Source: Yuukianura sp. NJ FZ-2021 (lineage: Eukaryota). Taken from it: 64,000 nt of DNA. Location of the stretch: NCBI GenBank assembly GCA_046563655.1, contig CM102287.1, positions 3,162,001 through 3,226,000 on the forward strand, written 5' to 3'. A program made the position numbers and the translations under genes. The notes beneath the pieces were generated by a model. That model was not told the origin of the DNA, ran no database searches, and worked only from the letters and a program-made list of their open reading frames with translations. Position 1 is the stretch's first letter. Each line of letters opens with the position of its first letter. Shown piece by piece: positions 25,178 to 36,657 of this stretch.

Positions 25178-28100
25178 AAATTTCGAAAAACTAAACGTTT
25201 TTTCAAAAACAAAATTTCACACATTTCACATTTTTCAAAAAAAAACTGAGCTCTGATGGTGAGGGGCGTTCAAAACACTGAGAAATTGAAAAGAGATACA
25301 AAGCAGAATTGGTTTAATTGAGATTCTGAAATGAAATTCAGAAATTGGTTTAAGCAAACTTTTTGAAAATTTTTTAGAAAAAGTGTATAAAACTTTGTGT
25401 TGTGTGGATTAATTTAGAGGTAGAGTTTTTATTAGCAACTAGGTGGAGGATGAAGTAGAACAAGAGCGAGGTAACTTTTGTTCTAAACAAAAAGTTTTGT
25501 TTAGCACAAAATTTTGAAAATGTAGTTCAAAACTTTTTGGAACAAAATTTTGGAACAAGAAAAAGTTTATGAACGTGAGTGCGAGCACTATAGTCCACTT
25601 TGTAAATTTTAACTATCATCTAATACTAGGAACATCCGAGGTTCATATTTGTCTAAAATTTATGAATTTTGTAATTTGTGAAAACTTTTTTTGTTCAAAA
25701 GTTGGTCAAAATTTAAAATGAAACTACGACTTTCCCGGACAAACTAACAAATTCCAACAAAAAAGTTCTCATCTAATGAATAAGTAAATTCACTTTTTTT
25801 TTTATTGAAACGTGAATATCAGAAGACGCAAATAGAAACGTGAATTCTACTGAAACGCGAATTGGCGCGCGAATTTTCCTGGTGAAAGCGATTTCTTGTT
25901 TAAAACTTCAAAGGGAAAGTATTAGTTTTCATGGCATACAGAGCTAATTAGTTTCGTTAAGGATTTGAAAACGGCTTAAACTTTCTCTTGATTGAAAAAC
26001 GATTACCGGCATAAAAAAAAGTTGAATTTTCAGAATCTTTTCATAAAAATGTGGCTTTTTCGAACAGTTTGTTTGGTTTTCTAGAAAAACTTATTTTGTG
26101 GTTTTGTTTTACAGAATTGTCTCAAAGTTCAAACCCTTTTGAAAATATAGTGTCCAGAGTTCGTGAACTTCGTTTCAAAGACTTAGTTTGTCATTTTCAC
26201 TTCACCAGTTTCGTTTGCCCTTTTCGTTTTTTTTTTCGCGCCGTCGTTTTTCGCGATTTTCGCGTTTTCGCGTCCAACGCTTATTTAGTAAAGTTCCATC
26301 GGCACGTGTCAAGTGTTGAGTTTTTTTTTGTGTGGTAAAAATGTAGGATTCCCCAGGATTTAATTAAGGGTGGGACTAAACCTCGGAATGGGGGATTAAA
26401 ACTGTTACATAACACATGTTCCGTTGCATGTTACGTTTATGTTAGGTTAACGTTAGGATTGTATTAGATTTAGTTGGTGTTCGTGAGGCTTAAGGTTAGG
26501 CTTTAGTTAGGCCAAGGTACATCAAAGTTTGAAAACTTTTGTAACTCCTATTTTCCCCAAGAAAATGGGAAATATTGGTAGAGAAGCAGAGCTGGTCTCT
26601 CGTAGTTCGTTTTTTTTAGAAAAAGAGAAACGCTTTAGACTTTTTCAAAAAAACACTTTCAAGAAAGCGGTGAAATTCAAAAGGATTAGATTCTAAGTTC
26701 CTTGGAATTGGAAAAGAGAAAGTCTCCAGTGGTGCTAAAGTGAAAGTCGTCCGTTCCTGAACAAATACTAAAACTACAAAGAAAAAGTTATTGAAAAAGA
26801 AATCAAAATTTTTACACAAAACGGAAATCAAAGTTCCAAAAAGTTGTATTTTAACAGGAAATGAAACTTTCTCGAATAAACTTCACACAAAACGTAACCT
26901 AGAAACCTCTCTTACAAATGAGAGTGATATAAATGTTAAGAGTTTACGTAAAATAGAAATTTGAAACCCAAAAAAGTTTTGATGAAATTTCGAAATTCAA
27001 ATGCTTTTTGATAAAGATCGAGAAGTTAAAAAAAGTAAAATTTGATTTACATGAACACCTTTAGATGAGCTTATGAAGAAAAAAAATGCGAGTATTGTAA
27101 ATGTAATATTCAAAATTTTGAAAAAATGTAAGCAAAATGCGTTTAGATTGCAAATTTTAAGGGAAAGTGAAAATTGGTTTTAATCAAATCGAAAACTAAA
27201 ACACTGTGGTTTGTTTGTACCTGTAAAAACTAAATTATCAATTGATTACCTGTTGTAATGAAGTTAACTTTAATTGCAATATTTAGTTAGTTTTAACTTT
27301 TGTTAAAACATAGTTTTAACCTCGAAAACTTTAGTTCAAAATTTAGTTTTAACTGTTTGTTTAACTTGCTACGACACTTATTTAGTACTGCTGTTTTAGT
27401 TTACAAAAGTTTAATTTTAGAACAATTTTTTTTTCAAAAAGTGAAAAGTTTGGTTGTTAACCTCAATAAAACACCAAATCCTTGGATTTTTTCGAAAACT
27501 TAAAACTTTACAGCAGTAGTACAAGACACAAAAAGGGAAAATAAAAGCGAAAGTGAAAGTTTAGTGCTTTCGTTTTATGTTCTTCTTGCATGAAAAAAGT
27601 TAAAAGTTTTGCCAACTGTACCAAACCGTGTTTTATTTTTTTAAGTTCCGTTTTTTTTTGTATTTGAAAAACAAAACTGTCTGGGCCAAATTGAAACGTA
27701 AAACGGAGAGTGGAAATCTCTGGGCTAAATTTCAGTTTTAAAAGAGAAAGCAGCGGGGAAATTCAAAACTTCCACTTTCTCTTGTCATCTCTCACTTTGT
27801 CACTGTCACGTCCACAGAAAACGCTCATCTTCATCATGGAAACTCTCAGTTCCTAATTTCTACTTTCCCAGTTTCTAGACAGACAACATAAAGTGAAAAC
27901 TAAGGGAAAGCGAGTGTGCGAAAAAAAGAGCGGGAGAAAAACAAAAAAGTAAATTTTTCAAGAATTTACTTTGTCAGTCATCTTCGCCGCATTTCAAAAG
28001 AAATGCTTTCACTCTTTTCTGTTTTCCTCTTTCTGTTCTAGTGCTTTCTCATTTTTTTTTATTTTGGAGGGAGTAACTATTGCAGAAAAATCAAAAAGTT

Positions 28101-28447
28101 ATTACTTTCGAGCGTATTCGAAAATCTTAGGAATGTGGGATGCCTATCACCAGGAAATGAGGGGCACAATTTTTTAAAAAAAAATCGATTTCAGCTCATT
28201 TTCCCGCTCTTTCTAAACTTTAAAAAAGCGAGAGAAACCAAAAGTAGAAGAGAAAGAGAAAGTGAACGCTTGAGAACTTTCTTTATTAAATCATGAGTCT
28301 CTCCAATTGGCTTTTCTCTTGCTCATCCTTCCTTCACATTAACTTCCGCGTGGATACTCAACCAAATGAGAATTCTCCCAAAATTACATAGATTGTAACA
28401 AGAAACTGAAAATTTTGAAAGTTGTGGAACGTGATTCCTCCCGCCTT

Positions 28448-31400
28448 TCACATCTGCTGTGTCGAATTCCCATTGTACGTCCCCTGCTCATCATCAGAAT
28501 CACTCTGATTCGTTGGAAATCGATGAATATTTCCCTCCACTCTCCCGAAACTGAAAACAGAAAACCAAAATTTCAAAATTTCAAAAAGAGTTACTCTCCA
28601 AAACCGAAAATTTACAAATTCCCAAACTTTTGGTAGTACAACTACAACTATCTAGTTAGTTCCAACAAGTTTGTAGTTTCGTTAGTCTCTAAACAAAAGT
28701 TGCAAATTAAGTTTCATAACTTTCCTGGCCTAACTTTTTTTAAAGTTTACTTTCACTTGTGCTGGCTATTCAAGCTAAGAATGCTTCCAGTATTCCTTTC
28801 TTACTTGGCCATCATCTCTACTTTGAAAAGTTTAATTCAATTGAATTCAAGTTGACTAACAGACCATGAGAACTTTCTCTTCCTTCTCTCACAAGCAGGA
28901 AAAGACTTTCTCCATTTTCAAAGTGGAATCCCATGCCATCGGAAACCTAATTATGCAGCTTTCTCCAAAATGACTTTCACTCCTCATTTCAAAACCAGCA
29001 GGATGTGCACCTTTGACAATTCGGTCAACAACAATTTCGTCAAGTACAAAACTGTCAACAGAAGTGTCAACTCCACAAAACCTTCTGCAAAACTTGCCAA
29101 ACACTATCAACACTGTCAAAATTCTCAGGAGAAAAAACTTCTTTTTCTTCATTTTTTTTAAATTTGTAAAATATCTACGCCACTAGAATTCCTCGATATC
29201 CAGATTATGCAAACTTTTAAAAATTTTAGTTTTTGACAGGACAATAGAGGGTGAGCAACAGAGAGACAAGACAAATATCGAATGTTGTGAATTGTTGACC
29301 ATTTTGCTGTTGGTCGATTTTGTAGTTGGTCGTTTTGCCCTGACTGAAGAACCTTACACTCGCGATTCACTCAACGTTCAACTGCGACGTTAACCAGAGT
29401 CTTTCCTGGACCACGCCTGAATACCTTAACAAGAGGAAGCCCTTGACACTCCCCCTCCACAATCCCAGCAAACTTCCATTCTCACTTTCCGAAATCACAT
29501 CTCACAGTGTGGACCAACACTTAATTAACATTTTGATGAGACTCCTTCCAGCTACTCATTTCACACTCAAACTACAAAATATAAATTAAACTCAACTCAT
29601 CCCGCCAAGGTTTGTTCACTTTGATTTTCTTTAACAGCTTGGGTAACGCCTCATCTTTTTTTGATTTTGCAGAAAAGTGTCTTTTCATTGCCTCACCTTT
29701 GACCTTGACCCCTTTCAGCTCCAGTTCGTCTCTGGCTTGCCCCGTCTTCAGCACCACTGTTTGCACCAGGAAGCTTCCTCGGTGGGATCGTCCTGGCCAC
29801 ACCACCGCTAGAAGTGGTTTGACCTTCCGGTGGGGCCGGAGTCCCACCAGGGCGAATCCAGGACCAGAGAAAAGTAAATGGAGACAGAAGGACTTGCATC
29901 ACAGCGTAAAGCATCGGCATCACTCCACCGGCCCCACCACCGCCACCACGAGCCAAAATTGACGTTTCCGCATTCTGAAATAAAAAAAAATAAAAAATTA
30001 GAACTAAAATTTAGACAAAAATTTTCAACTACGTTTCTAGGAACTGTTTTGATGAAAATCTTCCTGTGAAGCACAAAAATTTCATTTGGTTCAGCAGGTT
30101 CTTCATTTCCGCTTCGCTAATTAAATTCCTCTTTTTCAACTCGGAATTCTCGAAACACGGGAAACGTTTCCAGGAATCCACTTTCTCAAAATTTCATCTT
30201 TTTTCAAAATCTTTTCAAAAACATTTTTGAAAAGAAATACCTATAGAACGATTTTGAAATTTCTGTGACCCTGGACACACTTTGAAAAAACTTGAAAAAT
30301 CTCCTTTCTCCGCCAATTCACTTAAAAACTGGTTTTCTCCCAGTTTCACCCCAAATGAATCCGAAACACTTCAGATTTTGGACAAGTTCTCATTAGACAC
30401 GCGTCTGTCCAGAACTTTTTGGATCTCTCAAGAACAAGCCGCACGAGTTAGGTTAGGCACCTAACTTAAACCTAACGTAAAACTAAGCTTATCCACCAAC
30501 TTTCTCCTCAGTATTTACCAAAGTCCAATTCAGGATAAGCTCCACTCACTTCAAAGCGTCTTACAACTTTCATTTTCTGATCCATAACCAACACTCTCCT
30601 GCCAAAACTCCAAAACTCGTCTTTTCATCATCAAACATTCAATACTCCACAGTCACAATTTCGAAAACTTCAAAAAAAAAATCAAACAATTAAAACTCTT
30701 CTGGTGATTACCCAATGCCACAAGTTTAGAAAAAAAATTTAAGAAACACAAATTTTTCCTTCTCAAGCGAAACTATTGTCTTCGTTTGCAAATTTTGTTT
30801 CAGTTTTTGAAATTTTCAACATAAAAGGCTTAAATCCGAATTTTTTCCGTCTGTCTTGTCACTTCCGAAAAACGGGAACAGTAAAATTTTGACAGTTTTT
30901 CCCCAAGGTTGAGTCAGAATTCATAAAAATCCGGGAATCAAGGTCACTCCGTGTCTCTGAGATCGAAAAACGTAAACAAGTTTTTGCTAAGAAAGAAGTG
31001 AAAGGAGCCCTTAGAAAAAATTCCTTTCACTTTCTTCTCTTAAACTCCTTCGATTTTGTCCAACTTTTCCTGCTGTGACACGAGCGCTTTTTACTTTCTC
31101 ACAATTTTGAAAAGGAGGATCTCCTGGCCTAAATGTCAATAAATTTCACTTTATTTCGTTACACAAAAGTCCTACCTTCACAACTCCAGTTTACTACGAC
31201 TCTCTCCAGAAAACCGTTCAAAAGTGGTTAAGCCTTAAGAGGAACCCGGGAAAATTCAAAACTCGGTGTGGTAATGATCCCACTGCTCCAGGCACAACTC
31301 ACTGTCGCTTCACTTCTTTTGAGCTCCAAATCAAGTTCAACATACACCGTATATCTCATCCCAATCTACGCTTTTACGGTTATGACGAAAAAGTTTCTGA

Positions 31401-34400
31401 GAATAAACGACGTTCTTAAAACGTTTCTCGTGTCTAAATCTAAGTCTGCCTTGACAGGTCGTAAACATCCAGAAAAAAAACCACCCAGGAATCCTGAATA
31501 TACTGGTCCAGCATTTCCTGAATATACTGGCCTAGCATTTCCTGAATATACTGACCCAGCATTTCCTGGATATACTGCTCCAGCATTCCTGGATCAGTCA
31601 AGCATGAATCCCTCTGGAGCCCGAAAACCCAATAACAACAACTTTCTCTTCCAGAAAATTCTAATTAGCGACAACTTTTTGACAACAAGCTGATCCAAGG
31701 TCACATGACAAAAGATGACCTTTGACCTTTGCGCCGTGACCTTTGACCTTGTGACCTCTTACGGGAATGATTAGTAGAGTAGCGGTGGGTAGAAGTCCAA
31801 GATCTCTAAGCGAGTTGCCATAATCTTCCGGAGTGAAGGCTCGTCGTGGAAAGGCAATAGAAAGTGTAAATCCCCTGAAAAACCAAGAAACAAATTTTAA
31901 AAACCAAAAACACACACACCAAATTTTAACAACAAACATCAAACAAAAATTCGCTTCAAAACTTTCTCTTTTAGCTACAGTGAAATCAATTTGAACTCAT
32001 TTACACCAGAAACTAGAAAATTCGAAATTTCCAAAACTGTAAAAACCGCTTGTTAGTGACCTTTGACCTTTGTAAATAAACAACTCAAGATCAGTTTATC
32101 ATTTTACTTTCCGGAAAGCGCCAAAGCGTTTACTTTCCTCCTTCAACTGTAATTCTAAAAAAACATCCCCCAGGAGTAAATTTTTTTTCAAAAATCTAAA
32201 AAACGCGTCCAAAAAAAAGTAAACGCGTTCTTCCGCTTCCTGGACTCGCAATTTATCTTTTTCGGTTTCTTTCCTCCCCACTTTTTAAAAGTTGCTCTGC
32301 CTCTACACTTCAAAACTGTAACTCTGCAGCCCTTAAAAAAGGAATACTTTCCAGTTCTGCTGTTCTCACAAAGTTAGGCTAACCTAACGAAAACGAAGGA
32401 AAAGAGCAATTTCCTCCAAAGATTAAAGTCATCGGAGTACTAAAAATCGGATTTTCGTAGATTTGAAGTTGTAGAGCACACTAGAACTAAAAAGTAGACT
32501 TCAAACGGAAGTGTCCTATTTCTCTTTGGTCATATTTCTTGGACCGGGAGTCTTAGATGTCAAGAAGTCATGTCCTCAAGGCCCAATTAACTTTCCACTT
32601 TCTTTCTCCTACCCAAAACCTAACTCTAACCTAATACTAGGCTAACCCTAACCAAAAAGGACTAAAAAGGCCTAAAGTCGTTTGTTTTTCTAGCACCACG
32701 GTGAAACAAAAACGCTTTTTAGCAAGAAAAATTGCTGCGTCTTTTCTAAAAATGGGTCACACTTTTCGGCAGAACAGCAGAAACTGTGTGACTTTGGGCC
32801 TGTAGCTTCCTAAACCATAAATTAAACCTGAAATCATTACGTTGTCGCTACTTTGTTACACTAATCCAATTAAATCTGCGAACAAGCAGAGCAGAAGACA
32901 CATTTTTTGTAACTTTGTCTTCTGTCTCAGCATCTCTTGCTTACTAAACACTTTGACACTCCAATTGAATTAAAGCGTTCGCGTCGCGATGCTGGATGCT
33001 GTCAGCACATCGCTTTCAGAACAAGACTAAGCTTGTCACTTCAAAAACACTTTGAAGTTTAGTAGCAGGGAGGTTCATTTCGTTAGAAATTTGAACCTTG
33101 CCGCTACTTCAACCTCAATCGAATTAATGTTAATTAATTAATTAATTGAGGCTGATGTGGCATTTTTTTTTGTTTTCAAAAAGAAAAGACAACTTACTTT
33201 CGAGGAATTTCGATATTTGCGGTGAGGTATTCACGAACATCGTGCAGAGTTTGTTGAGGCTCAAAAGCATGTGAATGGGAAGAGCCATCAGGAAGTCGGA
33301 ATTGGAGTCGAGCCAATCCAGTGTAGTTGGAAGCAGCGGGGTCACGACCGGAAGTAACTTTTGGAGCAGGAGGAGTTTGCGCAGGAGTTTCGGCTGCTAG
33401 AGCTGCTTGGGCACGAGCTTCACGGTCGATTCGATCTTGAGCAATTTGGTCTTTGACGCGTTGACGTAAAGCGGCTTCCTCTTGCTTGTCTTTACGACGT
33501 TCCTCTGCTAATCGTTTCGTTTCTTGTTCCATTTGCCAGCGTTTGAGTTCTGCAACTTTCCTGCCCGCTTCGCGTCTCTCGGTTTCACGACGTCTGGCTT
33601 CCTGAAAAAAAAACGAAAAAATCTTATGAACGAAGTTCAAATTTAAGGTTTTTCAAAAAAAAAAAATCAAAATTTTGAAATTCAAAATGTTGGCCCTTAC
33701 AGCATCTTCTTCTGCCTTCTTCTGAGCCTGTTTCGCTGCAGCGAGTTGCTTAGCTCGTTCGATTTTGTCTTGTAAAGTTGGTTCTGTCGCTGAGGTTTCA
33801 CTTGAAACTGGTTGCGCATCTGACGAAGAAGGTTCTGGATTAACGATATGCGATGCAGTTGAAGGAGACTGCGGAGCAGGAGTGGCTGAAACTGATGTGG
33901 AAGGAGCTTGAGATGTACCGGTTGAGGTCAATCCGAAAGCTTCACGATGCCGTTGCAGAGCAGTATCGAACCTTGACTTGAGTGTAGCAGGATCAACGTA
34001 GCCTGAAATGACTTGGACAGCGACACCGCCAGTGGTGATACAGTAAATGGATGGAGACGAAACGTTTGAATCTGTGAAAACAAAACCAGCTACTCAGCAA
34101 ATTTGACTTTAAAAAAGCCTTTGAACAACAATGGCTAAAAAAATCTTACAAATGGCTCCGAACTGTGCAAATTCTTCACTGTTTGAATCAATACGAATGG
34201 AAATGACCCCTTCTTTCTCAATCAACTGTTGGATATCACTGGATTCCAAAGAGGTGAGTAATCCTGTAGAATCAGCATCTTCACCTGTAAAACCAACCAA
34301 TATTGAGTAACTGTATGTCAAGCGTTCCTTTCCAGAATGTTGTTACTCCGCGCACACATAAAGAAGATTCTTACCAAAAATGGCGACGCAAAAGAGCACT

Positions 34401-34456
34401 TTCTTTGCCTGTGCATGGGCAACTGCTTCTGGGATAGTACCAGTGTACCACTTCAT
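28448..34456 (-). CDS. UBXN4: UBX domain-containing protein 4 (erasin)
   Basis: N-terminus MKWYTGTIPEAVAHAQAKK; coiled coil; UBX (ARLQFRLPDGSS...AFPRRAFT...SLRDLGLLPTATL); hydrophobic hairpin (29974-29697); diagnostic C-terminus EGNIHRF...TYNGNSTQQM* (28550-28448). Confidence 0.95.
31493..31593. repeat. 24-bp tandem repeat, about 4 copies, in a UBXN4 intron
   Basis: Degenerate copies of cctgaatatactggtccagcattt. Confidence 0.85.
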
Positions 34457-35862
34457 CTTTGACCTGACCTTTGACCTTCCAAGTAAAAATACAAGTAATT
34501 AGGTTTACAATAAGTTGCAGCTCTTCTTGCTCCTCCAAAGTAAGCCCGATGTTCAAAATTTTTGAGTCAAAGATACCTATAAACGTTTAGTTACGATGTA
34601 TTACGTAAGCTTACGCCGTAAGCCTTACGGTGCAAGTTGAATATTAATCTTTGATAATTGTGAATTTGAAATTGCGAATTTGAACAGCCGAATTTTACAA
34701 TTTGCGAAAAATACACGTCAAATAAGAAACGAATTTGAACACAAGAATTTTTGAAAAATTGAGATCAGCTGATTTTCTACTCAACTGTCAACTCCCTACG
34801 CCCGCCTCCCGCCCTATGCTATGATTTGTGCTTAAATAAAAGTTAAACCATTTACCCCTTACTTCATCAATTACATGAATCAACGGATCCCATTGATCAC
34901 CAATTCCATCTTCTTATAATAGGTCAAAGGTCATGACATTGGAGTGACTAAATGACAGATACCTATGACCTAAGTCAGATTTTCCTGCGTTTTTCAAAAA
35001 TTTCTATTTTACAAAATATTTCTTAGCGCGGTTTTATGTTTAACACAGCTTGTCATATTTTTTTTGTCTTACTCTTACAAGGGGAAGCTGTGATAAAAAT
35101 TGGCAAGTTTATGTATCCCTTCAGTTGCCCGCCTCGGCGCTTTTGTGTTTTTGTTTCACGAAAAAAAGCAGGAAAGAGTCAGTCGGTCGTTGAGGAGCAG
35201 CGTTTCACGCTGTTGGTTTGTTAATCGATTAATTGGAAGATTGCATTGTGCTGAAACGGTAATCAAAACATAGGATATTGGATTGAATAGATTTGTCTTT
35301 GAGTGAGACTGACACAACTGCTTGTGCTTGTACACTGAGAAACCGCGAGGAAGATCCCGGCTAAAGCTTTTCGGTGTCGTCGTGTCGACGGCCCAACGGT
35401 GACCTGACCTTTGCCATTCTAATTGCATAGTAATTGGAACATAGGTAAGCCCGGAGTCTTCAGTTACCTAGCTATAATAAAAGCAATCTAAAGTTTTGGT
35501 GTGTGAGGGCTTACTTTGCATGCTTAATGTGTTTAGAATTGGCATGGTTGACATGAGGACATGACATGACAGTGTCAATTGGACACGTCGCGTAGTCAAG
35601 GCTTGGAATGGAGGGAAGGGCTTTCTCGCTGTCGCTGCTGTGTTAGCGCTAGCGGGTTGTCTGGGTCATTTGTTGACGCGTTGAGCGTTGACCCACGTCA
35701 ATTGCAAATGCTTCCGATACTAATTCTAGACTTGAAGTCTTTCGTTCTTTCTCATTTGCATGGTTATTTGGCTCTTTTCAACTGAAATGACGACTGATTT
35801 TAATGAAATTGTTATGCGCGATTACCTAACTCCGCCTGCCTCCTTTGTTAATTTGGTGTCCT

Positions 35863-36271
35863 CGAAGCAGACCAATTCCTAAACACAGTCAATTCGTAAG
35901 CATGCACAATTCGTAAGCAGAAAATTCGTAAGCATGGCAAATTCGTAAGCACGGTTAATTCGTAAGCATTCTCCTTTCGTAAGCAAATCTTTCCGTATGG
36001 TTGTGTTTCCGTTCTGTAAGGTTAGGTTTTTAAGCTTTTAATTGAATTTAGATTATGTTGCGTTAGGCTAAATTAGGTTAGGTTATTTTTTCTTCAAAAT
36101 TTTGAAATTGAAATAGGTTTTACGAGGCTTACGAAAGCACTGCTTACGAATTGGGCTGCTTACGAATTGACCATGCTTACGTATTGACCGTGCTTACGAA
36201 TTGTCGGCTTACGAAATTGAGCTTACGAATTGACTGTTTATGAATTTGAGCTTACGAATTGACCTGGAACC
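35863..36271. mobile_element. Foldback-type MITE in the 5' region of Top2
   Basis: Left arm has repeated AATTCGTAAGC, right arm has repeated GCTTACGAATT. Flanked by the direct repeat ggtgtcct (35855-35862 and 36272-36279). Confidence 0.8.
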
Positions 36272-36657
36272 GGTGTCCTAATGTTTTGTTGTACGGGAAT
36301 TGACATTTGGTAGACGGCGTTATGCGAAATTGGAAAAATTACGCAGATTTTTACTTCCTTTTTTGCATTTATTTTGAGATTTTAGCATAACTTCTGCGGT
36401 GCTGCTGTCAGCCGGCCTCAGGCTGCTGTGTGCTACAACAAGCAAGCGCCTAGTTCAGCTCTCGGCTGCTCCTTTTCCCGTTCTTAAGGCTACAAAGTCA
36501 GCTTCTGCAGCAGCTCCGAACAAATTGAAGGTTCAAAAATTCCTAATTAACTGCGCGATAATCTTACCCGTACATTAGACTACGCTGCTTTATTCTTTTG
36601 AGTTTTTCAATTGATTGAATCGTTTCATTTTTGTTTTGACAGGATTGTTGGTCCAAG

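Noticed and set aside
25200..28400. Short F/K/L-rich ORFs between the CaaX gene and UBXN4
   Set aside because: AT-rich UTR or intergenic sequence; the ORFs reflect poly-A/T composition.
31268..31693. 141-aa ORF with PEYTGPAF repeats
   Set aside because: Translation of a 24-bp intronic minisatellite antisense to UBXN4; no splice or homology support.
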